DNA from: an uncultured Pseudomonadota bacterium
Lineage (GTDB): Bacteria; Vulcanimicrobiota; Vulcanimicrobiia; Eremiobacterales; Eremiobacteraceae
Assembly: GCA_963736005.1 (NCBI GenBank)
Contig: CAVTNB010000003.1
Coordinates: 416,001-480,000 of the forward strand
Direction: 5' to 3'
DNA: 64,000 bases
In this document: positions 50,281 through 59,979 of the stretch, piece after piece
Layout: each line of letters opens with the position of its first letter
Position numbering within the stretch: position 1 is the first letter of the stretch
Made by a program: the position numbers and the translations under genes
The notes under the pieces: model-generated
The model's database searches: none
What the model was told of the DNA's origin: nothing
What the model saw: the letters and a program-made list of their open reading frames with translations, nothing else

Positions 50281-50715
50281 ATGAAGAAACTACAACAAGG
50301 GTTCACGCTCATCGAACTGATGATCGTGATCGCCATTATCGCGATTCTCGCAGCCATTCTTATTCCGAACTTCCTCCACGCGCGTTCTGAGGCCGTCACC
50401 GCGGCCTGCGAAGGCAACGAGAAGCAGCTTGCCACAGCTGAAGAGGAATACTCGGTTGACAATGGCGGCGCGTATGCTTCGCTTGCCGTCCTCACGACAC
50501 CATACTTGAGCGTCGTTGTGACGGATCCGGTGAAGAAGGGCAACGCTTACACCGTGACGATCCCGGGTTCGGGCTCCAATGGCTCGTATCAGATCTCGGA
50601 CGCGGGCGGACATGACACGACCACCACGACCAGCCTCACGCAAACGGGCGGTGCTGCATGCACGGCGTGCGCATCCATCGTTTACGCACAGGCCTCTGGC
50701 ATCCACGGTAACTAA
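50281..50715 (+). CDS. Type IV pilin / prepilin
   Basis: KKLQQG|FTLIELMIVIAIIAILAAI N-methylation motif. Confidence 0.9.
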   Translation: MKKLQQGFTLIELMIVIAIIAILAAILIPNFLHARSEAVTAACEGNEKQLATAEEEYSVDNGGAYASLAVLTTPYLSVVVTDPVKKGNAYTVTIPGSGSNGSYQISDAGGHDTTTTTSLTQTGGAACTACASIVYAQASGIHGN

Positions 50716-50738
50716 AACGCTCGACGCGGAGCAAAAGT

Positions 50739-50771
50739 AAAAGAGCCGGTCCCTGGACCGGCTCTTTTTTT
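50739..50771. terminator. Intrinsic terminator (likely bidirectional)
   Basis: AAAAGAGCCGGTCC-CT-GGACCGGCTC-TTTTTTT between convergent genes. Confidence 0.85.
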
Positions 50772-50782
50772 GCGAGCTATAC

Positions 50783-51427
50783 CTATTGACTTGCGTTAGC
50801 CGCGTTATGCAAATACGAATCGATGAACGAGACGATCTTGTGCTTGTCGATCGCCGGCAACGTCCCCAATCGTGTCCAGGCGGTGAGCGCAATCCGTGAC
50901 TTCATCGCGGGATAGGGCGCCACGATAACCGCCAGCCCCTGATCTTCGCCGTTTTGCACGTCCGCCGCGCTTGGCTGCAACTCATTTGTGGGAATGAGGT
51001 GCATGTCGTACACCATCGCAATGCTACCGAGCGCGGCCGCCAGACCAGGACAATTGCAATTGTACTGCAGCAACACATTGCCGTGTTCGAGCAAGTGAAC
51101 TTGGACGTACTTGGGAATCGGCACCGGGCTGATAAACGTGTCGGTAAAGAGTTCGCGATGGGGACCAGAGCTCGGCGGGTTGGAATTGTACACGAAATCA
51201 TCCGGTTCGCCCGGTTGTAAGTGCGTGTGGCCTTGCGAGGGATAATACGTACCCAAAAACGGAGCTGGAGAGTTTACCGGCGTGGCGGAAGTGGTACTGC
51301 TCGCAGGAGCAGCGTTGGCGGGGGAGGCAGAAGCCGCCCCGCCACTCCGCGAACCCGAGCACCCAGCGAGCGCGAGGACGCACACGGCAACAGTGAGGCT
51401 TGATCGAACGGCGCACGCAAAGTTCAT
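50783..51427 (-). CDS. DUF3105-like lipoprotein
   Basis: LAGC lipobox; YNSNPPSSGPH, VHLLEHG, YNC, IALTAW. Confidence 0.8.
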   Translation of the reverse strand: MNFACAVRSSLTVAVCVLALAGCSGSRSGGAASASPANAAPASSTTSATPVNSPAPFLGTYYPSQGHTHLQPGEPDDFVYNSNPPSSGPHRELFTDTFISPVPIPKYVQVHLLEHGNVLLQYNCNCPGLAAALGSIAMVYDMHLIPTNELQPSAADVQNGEDQGLAVIVAPYPAMKSRIALTAWTRLGTLPAIDKHKIVSFIDSYLHNAANASQ

Positions 51428-51467
51428 ATCTGAGCTTTCGTCCTGGACGCGCGCCGGGCCTCGCATC

Positions 51468-52103
51468 TCACTGATTGAGGTTGTCTTCGTTGCGCAGCCA
51501 TTGGTTGATGAATGACATGATTTTTGTTCGGTCCACGGCATCGAGCGTTGCCAAGCGCGTCCAGGCGGTGAGCGCTATTTTGTGAGGCATCCCTGGATAA
51601 GGCGCGACAATCACCGCGAGCCCGCTTTCCTCCGCCGAGTGAACTTGATCCGGTGTGGGTTGTACCGTCCCTGGCGGCAAGACTCTGGCATCGAACTCAT
51701 TAGCAATTTCAGCAAGCTGTTGCGCGACGTCCGGGCACAGCAAGCAATTGTATTGCAACAAAATATTGCCGTGCTCGAGCAAGTGCACTTGGACGTACTT
51801 AGGAAGCGGTGTCGCGTTGATCAATACCCCTGTTGTGACTTCCCGATGATATCCAGAAGTTGGTGGATCGCTGTTGTATCGAAAATGCGCAAAGCGACGG
51901 TCGTCACCAGGCATGTGCCCTTGATGGCCCTGCGAAGGATAGTGGGAGCCCGTAAAGGCGCTCGGTGCGGGCTGCGGCGGAGCGTTTGCGCTACGCAAGT
52001 GCATGATGAGCGCCACCACGACGCCGGCGACCACGATGAGGGCGAGCACCGGGGGCAGCAGCGACATCGCCGAAGATTGCTGTTTTTTGATTCTTTTTGC
52101 CAT
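51468..52103 (-). CDS. DUF3105-like membrane-anchored protein (paralogue)
   Basis: TM anchor; YNSDPPTSGYH, VHLLEHG, YNC, IALTAW. Confidence 0.8.
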   Translation of the reverse strand: MAKRIKKQQSSAMSLLPPVLALIVVAGVVVALIMHLRSANAPPQPAPSAFTGSHYPSQGHQGHMPGDDRRFAHFRYNSDPPTSGYHREVTTGVLINATPLPKYVQVHLLEHGNILLQYNCLLCPDVAQQLAEIANEFDARVLPPGTVQPTPDQVHSAEESGLAVIVAPYPGMPHKIALTAWTRLATLDAVDRTKIMSFINQWLRNEDNLNQ

Positions 52104-52915
52104 TAGCTTCCCGGAAAATAAGGCACGGCGTCGATGTCCTGGGTAATGATTCCATGGTACGTGCCGTGTCCAAAGGCAGTCAGATCGACGGAGAACAAGC
52201 CGCCGTTGGTTGTGACGCGCACCGTCACAAGGCCCAGCGGCACGTCGGTCGTCTGCCACGTTTCGACGCGCGATTCGGGCAGTCCGGTCGAACCTCCGAT
52301 ATCTCGTGGGGGAAAGTCGACACTGGTATGCACCGTGTTGAGCGTGGCGCCGCGGATCGAAACGTTCTCCGGCCGAGATGAAACGACGATCCCGGCGCGA
52401 GTGTCGGGCATCGGCAACAAGCCGAACAGCAAGAGCGATTGGAGCGTTTGGTGGTATGTGGCAGGCACTGGCTTCGATGGGTCGCCACCCAAACGAAAGA
52501 GCGCGTCGCCGATCTTGATGATGCCGCCGGCGAATGAATAGAGCCGCAGGCTGTCGTTGAAATCCGGTGCGTCGACGAACATCTTCCAGGTAATGGTTCC
52601 CCCCGCGACCGACTGGCTCGCCACGGGTGAAGAGACCAGTCCAGACGTCTGTGTTTGAATTTCAAAGAACGCCGCCTGCGTGGCTCCAAGTGTGCCAGTT
52701 CCAAAGCCGATCGTCTTCGTCGCAACCGGATTGCCATTCACCGAGACTCGATAGCGTACCCAATCACCCGCCTGTGGGGCGACAAAGAGATAACCAAAGA
52801 GATCGGTCTGCGTGATGGTCTGGCCAACCTGCGGAGCGACGATTGCCGCACGCGCGGGCGCGAGCAAGCCCAGCATCACCCCCACCAGCTCGGCGGTTAC
52901 GAGCAGCGCGCGCAC
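52103..52915 (-). CDS. Secreted hypothetical protein
   Basis: Signal peptide (ARA), overlaps both neighbours. Confidence 0.7.
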   Translation of the reverse strand: MRALLVTAELVGVMLGLLAPARAAIVAPQVGQTITQTDLFGYLFVAPQAGDWVRYRVSVNGNPVATKTIGFGTGTLGATQAAFFEIQTQTSGLVSSPVASQSVAGGTITWKMFVDAPDFNDSLRLYSFAGGIIKIGDALFRLGGDPSKPVPATYHQTLQSLLLFGLLPMPDTRAGIVVSSRPENVSIRGATLNTVHTSVDFPPRDIGGSTGLPESRVETWQTTDVPLGLVTVRVTTNGGLFSVDLTAFGHGTYHGIITQDIDAVPYFPGS

Positions 52916-53328
52916 ACGCCGAAAAATTCCAGTTGATGCTCCGTGAGCGAAAATCCGAGTCCGCGCGATAGGATCCTCTCGTAGTTGGGCAGCGCTTTGC
53001 AGGGAACGTCATCGACGCGGCCGCAGCGCTTGCACACGGCGTGATGGTGATGCTCGCTCGCGCACCAGAGGTAGGCTGCTTCGCCATGCTGTTGGGTTGC
53101 GGTCGACACCCAACCCATCTCACGCAGCGCCTCGAGCGTTCGGTAAATGGTCGCGAGTCCGACGGGCGGGCGTCGGCCACGCATCCGCTCGTGCAGCTCT
53201 TTGGCGGTGAGGTAGCGGCGCGCCGATCGCAGCGCGCCAATCACGTGCTGGCGCTGTTTGGTCATGCGACGCGATGTGCCTGCGAAAAGTTCGCGAGAGC
53301 CTATCGGCGGCTTTGCGGGGGTTTTCAT
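52897..53328 (-). CDS. zur: Fur-family regulator, probably Zur
   Basis: MTKQR, ATIYRTL, HHHHAVCKRCG, FGVCARC; within the znu operon. Confidence 0.85.
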   Translation of the reverse strand: MKTPAKPPIGSRELFAGTSRRMTKQRQHVIGALRSARRYLTAKELHERMRGRRPPVGLATIYRTLEALREMGWVSTATQQHGEAAYLWCASEHHHHAVCKRCGRVDDVPCKALPNYERILSRGLGFSLTEHQLEFFGVCARCS

Positions 53329-54188
53329 TTGACGCGTGCAGCCGTTCGGCGCGCATCGAGCAGCGCGGTCAGCAACGAGCGGCGCTTGGGTGAGAAGATC
53401 ATGGCGCCGAAGAAGCACGCGGTTGCGACGAGGACGATGCTTGCGCCCGAAGCGACGTTGAGATAGAAGGAGAGATACAGACCGACGATGGCCGATCCCA
53501 TCCCGACGATGGCAGAAATGAACATCATTGGGCCGAATCGGTTGGTGAGTTGGTACGCGGTGGCCGCAGGCGTCACAAGCAACGCGGCAACTAAGACGAT
53601 ACCGGCCGCCTGGAGTGAAACGATGATCGTGACCGCCAAAATCCCAAGCAAGAGATAGGAGAGGCCGTCCACCGGCAGCCCGCTGGCGCCGGCCGAGACG
53701 GGGTCAAACGAGGCAAAGAGCAGCTCTTTGTAGAGCAACGCGATGACAGCGAGAATGACCGTCGTCAGCAAAGCAATGATGACGATATCCTTGCGATCGA
53801 TCGCTAAGATGTTGCCGAAGAGAAAATCTTGAAGATCGATGACGTAATTCTTGACGTGTGACATGAGCGCAATGCCCAGAGCAAACGCAGCGGTAAAAAA
53901 CACGCCGATCGTCGTATCGAGCGAGACTTCCGATTTCTTGCTCACAGCGCCGATCCCAAGCGCCGTGAGAATGGTAAAAATGAGTCCGCCAATGTACAGA
54001 TCGAACTTCAGGAGATACGCGATGACGATGCCAGCGAACGATGCGTGCGCCAGACCGTCGCCGATAAACGACATATTGCGGAGCACGACGTAGACCCCGA
54101 CAATCGAGCAGACGAGTCCAATGAGCAGCGCGGTTATGAGTGCGCGCACCATAAAATCGTTCTGCAGGGGCGAAATGAGAAGATCCAC
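53325..54188 (-). CDS. znuB: Zn/Mn ABC transporter permease
   Basis: GDGLAHAS, LFGNIL, SFDP, G..LV.ALL.TPA.TA. Confidence 0.88.
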   Translation of the reverse strand: MDLLISPLQNDFMVRALITALLIGLVCSIVGVYVVLRNMSFIGDGLAHASFAGIVIAYLLKFDLYIGGLIFTILTALGIGAVSKKSEVSLDTTIGVFFTAAFALGIALMSHVKNYVIDLQDFLFGNILAIDRKDIVIIALLTTVILAVIALLYKELLFASFDPVSAGASGLPVDGLSYLLLGILAVTIIVSLQAAGIVLVAALLVTPAATAYQLTNRFGPMMFISAIVGMGSAIVGLYLSFYLNVASGASIVLVATACFFGAMIFSPKRRSLLTALLDARRTAARVK

Positions 54189-54192
54189 GTCG

Positions 54193-55089
54193 TTACGCCG
54201 GCGTTGGGGCGCCGAAGAGCACGTGGCTGCCATAGGTGGCCGAGAGCGTTTCCCGAGTGAGGACTTCGGAGGGCGAACCGAAGGCAACGACGCGATGGTT
54301 GAGGGCCAAGACCCGATCGAACCACTCCGCCACGCACGAAAGATCGTGGGTCGTGGCGATGATCGTAGTGCCCTTCTGCTTCAGCCCTTCGAGCAAGGTA
54401 AAGATGGCGTGCTGCGTGGTTGCGTCGACCCCAGCGATCGGCTCGTCGAGCAGCATGAGCTGCGGGCGTTGCACGAGCGCGCGGGCGACGAAAACGCGCT
54501 GTTGCTGACCGCCTGACAGCTGGCCGATTTGCGCGCCAGCGTAGGCTGACATGCCCAACTGTTCTATGGCTTCTGCCGCTGCCTGACGGTCCGCTGCGCT
54601 CGGCCTTCGGAAGAGTCCCACGCGACCGTAGGTGCCCATGAGGACGACGTCGGTGACGGTGACCGGGAACGACCAATTGACCGACTCGCTTTGCGGCACG
54701 TAGCCGATGAGATGGCGCACTTCGGGGCTGGGCGGTTGCCCAAAAACGAGCACTGAGCCGCATTGCACGGGCAAGAGGCCGGCAATGACTTTCAACAGCG
54801 TTGACTTACCGGATCCGTTTGGGCCGATGATGCCGACGAACTCGCCCCGCTTGACGCCAAACGTTACCTCGTCGAGCACGTCCCTGCCGAAATAGCCGGC
54901 GCACACCCCCTCCACCCACAACGCCTGCTCGGCGATTTTGTCGAGGCTCGGTGCGACCTTGGCATGGCCTTCGTGAGGATGGGTGTGAAAAGTTGCTGGC
55001 GCCACGGCATGGCTGTGGTCCAACGCGGGCGGAACTTCATGTGGCGCAACGTGCGTATGATCGTGTCGCACGGCCGGATCGCTTTTCAT
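54193..55089 (-). CDS. znuC: Zn/Mn ABC transporter ATPase with His-rich N-terminal extension
   Basis: GPNGSGKST, GYVPQ, LSGGQQQR, LLDEP, THD. Confidence 0.9.
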   Translation of the reverse strand: MKSDPAVRHDHTHVAPHEVPPALDHSHAVAPATFHTHPHEGHAKVAPSLDKIAEQALWVEGVCAGYFGRDVLDEVTFGVKRGEFVGIIGPNGSGKSTLLKVIAGLLPVQCGSVLVFGQPPSPEVRHLIGYVPQSESVNWSFPVTVTDVVLMGTYGRVGLFRRPSAADRQAAAEAIEQLGMSAYAGAQIGQLSGGQQQRVFVARALVQRPQLMLLDEPIAGVDATTQHAIFTLLEGLKQKGTTIIATTHDLSCVAEWFDRVLALNHRVVAFGSPSEVLTRETLSATYGSHVLFGAPTPA

Positions 55090-56000
55090 TTGAGCGCCTG
55101 CACGATCGTCTTGACGTCGTGATGCATCATGCCCTCGTAGGAGCTGAGATCGGGAGTGGTGCCCAAGGAGTCATCGTACAAATTGGTGACCGTCTTGATG
55201 CCTGCCGAATCCGCAAGTTGCTTGGCGAGCTTCGGGGAGAATTCCGGCTCGGCGAAGATTGCTCGCACATTGTGCGCTTTTGCTCTTGCAATGAGCGACA
55301 CGAGGTCGGCCGCTGAGGGTTCTTTGCCAGGCGACTGCTCGATCGCGCCGACGTCATCGATGCCATAACGCCGATCGAAGTAAAACCAAGCGTCGTGGTC
55401 GGCGATCATGGCACGCTGACTCGGCGGAATGGTTGAAATTTGCTGACGGGTCCACGCATCAAGCGCGGCAAGGTCTTTGACTTCTGCCGCGGCGTTCTTT
55501 CGGTATAAGGCAGCGTGAGCAGGGTCCGTTGCCACGAGCGCATCGGCAATCGCGCGCACGTACGAAGCGGCGTACTGCGGATCGAGCCAAAAGTGGGGGT
55601 TGGCAAATTCGCTGCCGTTTGGATGGCTCACTTGTCTGGGGAGCGAGTCGCTCAGCACCTCAATGCGCGCCTGCGGCGAGGCGTCTGCCAGCAGTTTTGT
55701 CAGCCACGCTTCCAATCCCGAACCATTTTCCACGATCACCGCGGCATGGCTGAGCTCGATGAGATCCCGCGGCGCCGGTTCGTACGTTTCAGGAGATGCG
55801 CCGATGGGCACGAGCCAATGAACCTCGAGTGCGTCCCCCGCGACCGTTTTGACAAGGGAGGCGAGGGTGGAGGTGGTCGCGACGACGATTGGTTTCCCGG
55901 AAGCGGTCGCAGCGGGAGCGGTACCCGTGCTGTGCCCGCACGCCAGCAGTGCAGCTATGGCCACGCATACCGAACCAGCTCGGATTTTATCGAGAATCAT
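55086..56000 (-). CDS. znuA: Zn/Mn ABC transporter substrate-binding lipoprotein
   Basis: LLAC lipobox, ENG.GLE, NPHFWLDP, HDAW.YF, IF.E, DSLG. Confidence 0.88.
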   Translation of the reverse strand: MILDKIRAGSVCVAIAALLACGHSTGTAPAATASGKPIVVATTSTLASLVKTVAGDALEVHWLVPIGASPETYEPAPRDLIELSHAAVIVENGSGLEAWLTKLLADASPQARIEVLSDSLPRQVSHPNGSEFANPHFWLDPQYAASYVRAIADALVATDPAHAALYRKNAAAEVKDLAALDAWTRQQISTIPPSQRAMIADHDAWFYFDRRYGIDDVGAIEQSPGKEPSAADLVSLIARAKAHNVRAIFAEPEFSPKLAKQLADSAGIKTVTNLYDDSLGTTPDLSSYEGMMHHDVKTIVQALK

Positions 56001-56009
56001 TCTCGATAA
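55987..56009. promoter_or_regulatory. Fur-family (Zur-like) operator palindrome overlapping the znuA start codon
   Basis: TTATCGAGAATCATTCTCGATAA, identical to 44884-44906. Confidence 0.85.
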
Positions 56010-56020
56010 TTATCTAGGCT

Positions 56021-56078
56021 GTAGCAGCGGACCTTTAGGTCCGCTAAGCCAAAGCGCAGCTAAAGGTGCGCTGCTACA
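56021..56078. repeat. Inverted REP family B doublet
   Basis: GTAGCAGCGGACCTTTAGGTCCGCT facing agcgcagctaaaggtgcgctgctac. Confidence 0.75.
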
Positions 56079-56084
56079 ATGACG

Positions 56085-56235
56085 CTAGGAGAGAACGGAT
56101 TCGCGATAGCTCTCCATGATGTTGCGCACGTACGCCTGGGTCTCTGGGAAAGGCGGGACGCCACCGTATTTGTCGACGGCCGCGGGGCCCGCGTTGTACG
56201 CGGCGAGGGCGAGGTCGACCTGACCATGATAATGG
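56085..56235 (-). pseudogene. 3' fragment of a lytic transglycosylase (SLT) gene
   Basis: [35 protein letters not shown]; homology and host-like composition stop at about 56235; the catalytic ES/GLMQ half is absent. Confidence 0.85.
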
Positions 56236-56286
56236 CAGGGACTAAGTGCGAACATACCTAAAGGACCGCCAACTGAGGTTTCTCCT

Positions 56287-58049
56287 ATGGTAAGTCCGTT
56301 CAAAGGTGGGGGATGTATGCGAGGGTTTCAACTAAAACCCAGGCAGACAAGAAGCTGTCGATCCCCGTTCAATTGGGCCTAATGAGGGCACATGTCAAGT
56401 CAAGTGGGTGGCAGGAGGTTGCAGCTTTCGAGGAGCCGGGGAAGTCCGGCACATTGGTCAAGCGTCTGCCTGTCTTGAATGGCCCTGATCGAGGAAGCCA
56501 CTGGCCCAGCGCCCCGCTTCGACACGGTGCTAGTTTACGACATTTCCCGCTGGGGGGCCGCAACACGGATGCAGTCTTGGCAAAGGAAGTCATACGCCAG
56601 CGGGGGATTCGAGTAATTTATCTCGCCGAGCAAACGGGCGAGACTGAGGAATCGGAGGACATTGAGGGTGCTGTTCGAATGGCTTGCCAAGATGCACAGC
56701 CGGTGTTCTGGCGCGCAAGGTTCCCAAAAGTCAACGTGAAGCAGTCAAGGAGGGCCGCTGGGGCAGCGGAGTGCCGCAAGTGTTCGGGTACTTCACACAA
56801 AAAGGAAAAGGTCTGGTCCCCAATCCACAGACGGCACCCATAGTTCTACAATGTTTCAAGAAGTACGCTGCTGGTGATCAATCCGCTCGATTGCAAAATG
56901 GCTAAACACAAATGTTTCAGCCCAGCGAGGCGGATCGTGGCGTAGTGGAACGGTCCACAACCTTCTTACTAGACGCGCGTACCTCGGGCACATAACCTAC
57001 GGCGCTGCACCGAGTGAACGGTAAGCGTGTTCGACTTTCGACTCGAAGAGAGAACGGAAAATCCTAACCAGTACAAACGACTTGTGCTGCAGAGACTTTT
57101 CGATCAGGTTCAAGAACGTCTCAGCCGTAACGATCAGAGCCGCGCAGAAGGTTGTCTCAACGGAATGTGCTCGCGGTTGTCGGACGGTGCAAGTGCGGTT
57201 CAACTCTAACCTTTCAAAAAGGTGGTGGCCCTCGCAAGGACCGCAAAAAATATCGCTCGCTGGTTCTGGCACTGCAGCCGCTGTCGCCTGAATGTTGATC
57301 CGAGGCGCAATTTCGAGGGGTGCTACGGCTACTTTCCGCAGGACGTAGTCGAGACGATGATTCGGGATAGGATGCATTTTCTTCTTGCTGCTGGTGGAAT
57401 AAAGCAAGCCGTTCAAGCATACAATGCCGCTGCTGCTCAGGCCTCGGAGCCACCGGAACTTGCTACTCTCAAAACGATGGTCGATGGTCTCAGGAAGCGT
57501 GAGCGCAGCCTCGTTGAATTCATCGGTGACGGTTCTCGAAGTTTCGATGCCGTTGCCGAGGACCTGGAGAAAGCAAACGGACTGCCAGGATGCAGAAGAA
57601 AAACCTAGCACAAGTGCTGGCTCGGGTCTGCCAGATTCAATCACCGATTGACGAAGCAGAGATTGAAGGCGCTTCTGATAAAATCCGCAAGGCCCTCAAA
57701 GCCGGAGACATTGCCAAACTAGCAGTTGTCTTACCTCACCTTGTGTCGAAGATTGAAATAGACTTCACGTTGCGACACGATACCGCAAAATACTGGCGCA
57801 GACGGGCACAAGATTTTCTTGAAACTCTTGCAAGAGAAACTCGCAAGAAGTGTGACGAGAAAAACATTTCTAGATTGGAAGTCCGCGTATGATGAAAACG
57901 ACAAATTGCAGGCCGCTGCTCATCGTGGTCTCGTCATGCATCTGAAGTACGACATAGCTAACCTGGCTTCAGCCGGTCAAGAGGCTCTCGAAGCAGTTGG
58001 CGAGTATGCCCACGGGCACACTTCGGAAGCGTTACTCTCCAAAGCCTAA
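56287..58049 (+). pseudogene. Large serine recombinase (integrase), multiply frameshifted
   Basis: YARVST..Q, SG, FDTVLVYDISR, G.W.....FGY, L.PNP..A.IV..CF..Y and Y.G motifs spread over several frames; coiled-coil C-terminal part. Confidence 0.8.
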
Positions 58050-58104
58050 ATTCAACCGCATAACCCAAGAGGGCGACGGCCCTCTTCTTTTCAAGGAAAT
58101 TTCA

Positions 58105-58455
58105 ATGTCCGCCACAACCGTAATCAATTCATCCATAAGCCCAGGCCAATCCGTCTCGGGGACTTTCATGACGTCCGCTCCCTTCAGAGGGGTAGAGATT
58201 GTTCAAGAGCAGACAATGGCCCAACCAACCTTTCCCGGCGTGTTGGTCTCCTACCAAATCAGCCTAGACAATGGCACCACATGGTCAGATGCCCAGCCGG
58301 TTCAGCACGAAGCGAATGCCAGTATAAGTGGATCGGGAAACTCAAGCTCAATCTTGCTAAATGAATTCGCCACAACTGTAAAATTCAATGCGACCAACAC
58401 CAACCGAGCCGTAGCATGCGCCTCCTTTGTGTTGGAGGCGGAATGCTTCACCTAG
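58105..58455 (+). CDS. Hypothetical beta-rich protein
   Basis: AAGGAA RBS then ATG; YQISLDNGTTW motif. Confidence 0.6.
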   Translation: MSATTVINSSISPGQSVSGTFMTSAPFRGVEIVQEQTMAQPTFPGVLVSYQISLDNGTTWSDAQPVQHEANASISGSGNSSSILLNEFATTVKFNATNTNRAVACASFVLEAECFT

Positions 58456-58837
58456 GATGAGATACTTAGAAGCCTCATCCCGAAGCAGTTGCGAAGCACC
58501 CGGAGATTCAAAACAGCTATTGTTGGATCGTTGAAAATAAATGCGGCAACCCCCAATGTCTGAACCCACTTCACCAGCTTGACAAACCGAAGGCTAAGAA
58601 ATGAGACAGAATGATTTTAATTAAGGCAGTTTGCGTTGTACTTGTGCGCCTGGTTCTTAGCTTCTTTCGGGGCAAGAACTAATGACGAGGATCGACCGGC
58701 AGATTGACCTCGTCTTAAATTCCAAGAACCCGAGGCTCGCCAAGTTTCTTTTTGGAGAACGTGGGCTTCCGTTGTTGGAAGTTATCAAGCAACTAAGGGA
58801 ACAAAAACCAACGGTAAAATCAGATAAGGATTAAACA

Positions 58838-59682
58838 ATGGGAAACTTTCAAGATTTAACCGGACAGCGTTTCGGACGGCTAACAGTACTGCGATTGGCT
58901 GATAGAACTAAACCAGGATACTACCGTTACGAGTGTCTGTGCGACTGCGGGAAAACTACCATCGTCCAGGGCAATGCCCTGCGCTCCGGTACAATAAAAA
59001 GTTGTGGGTGCCTGCGCCTGGAGCGGCTAAGGGAGTCTCTCCGCAGACGAATCGTACTGTCCGGCCCAGGGTCACCTAAATTTGCAGACCTTACAGGTCA
59101 AACATTTGGCAGGCTTACTGTTCTAGGTTATGCTGGCAAAAAAGGCGGGAGCACCTATAATTGCCTTTGCACCTGTGGCAACACAAAAATCGTCCTCGGG
59201 AGGTCTTTAACGACCGGCGCAACCAAGAGTTGCGGATGCCTGCTCATGCAGTTTGCCCAGGTTCCCTCCCGGTCATGCAGCCAGAAACTCTGTGCTGGAT
59301 GCTTACAAACGAAACGCCCGTACGCGAAGCATCCCCTGGGAACTTACGGACGAACAGGCCTTCGCCCTATTCGAACAACCTTGCTTCTACTGCGGAGCAG
59401 CGAAGTCTTAACTCTACTGGACTGGGCGTACAAGGGGGAAAACCCCGCTGGAGAACTCCCTTCCAATATAACGGCATAGACCGTGTAGACAATTCTAAGG
59501 GCTACACGTCGGATAACGTAGTACCATGCTGCCACACCCATAACAGAATGAAGCTCGATCTGACCTCTAGTCAGTTTTTAGATCAAGCGAAACAGCTTGT
59601 TATGATGTCCGAATCCCGAGCCGATCAGCACCTCTTTAACGAGTTGTCTCCTGAAGATTTCAACGGAGACTGGTTTGACTAA
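58838..59682 (+). pseudogene. Phage-type HNH-like endonuclease with duplicated DLTGQ.FGRLTV / C.C.CG / KSCGC modules, frameshifted
   Basis: Two N-terminal repeats in ORF 58838; NGIDRVDNSKGY..DNVVPCC...NRMK in the second frame. Confidence 0.75.
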
Positions 59683-59754
59683 AAAGAAAAGGAGCCCCAC
59701 TTTGCGTGAAGCTCCCTTAGTGAACCAGATTTCTATTCGATACGCTTGTCCTTT

Positions 59755-59934
59755 CTAGACCTTAGTGCTATGGGTTGCGGTCACGGCTTCTTCTAGAGCT
59801 TCCGTGAACTGTTCAATCCCGACCTTTGTCGAGAGGTTGAACACACCGGGAGTGCCGGTGTCAGTGTAGGCAATTTTCCAACTGCTCCGCTTCACGCCCG
59901 CTGGATCAGTCAGCGTGATTGTGTAGTGCTCCAT
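59755..59934 (-). CDS. Small hypothetical protein (59 aa), absent from the ORF track
   Basis: AAAGGAG RBS; MEHYTITLTDPAGVKRSSWKIAY...HSTKV*. Confidence 0.55.
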   Translation of the reverse strand: MEHYTITLTDPAGVKRSSWKIAYTDTGTPGVFNLSTKVGIEQFTEALEEAVTATHSTKV

Positions 59935-59979
59935 TTTGATTTCTCCTTTGGTTTCTAGTGATTAAATGGGGCGATAAAT

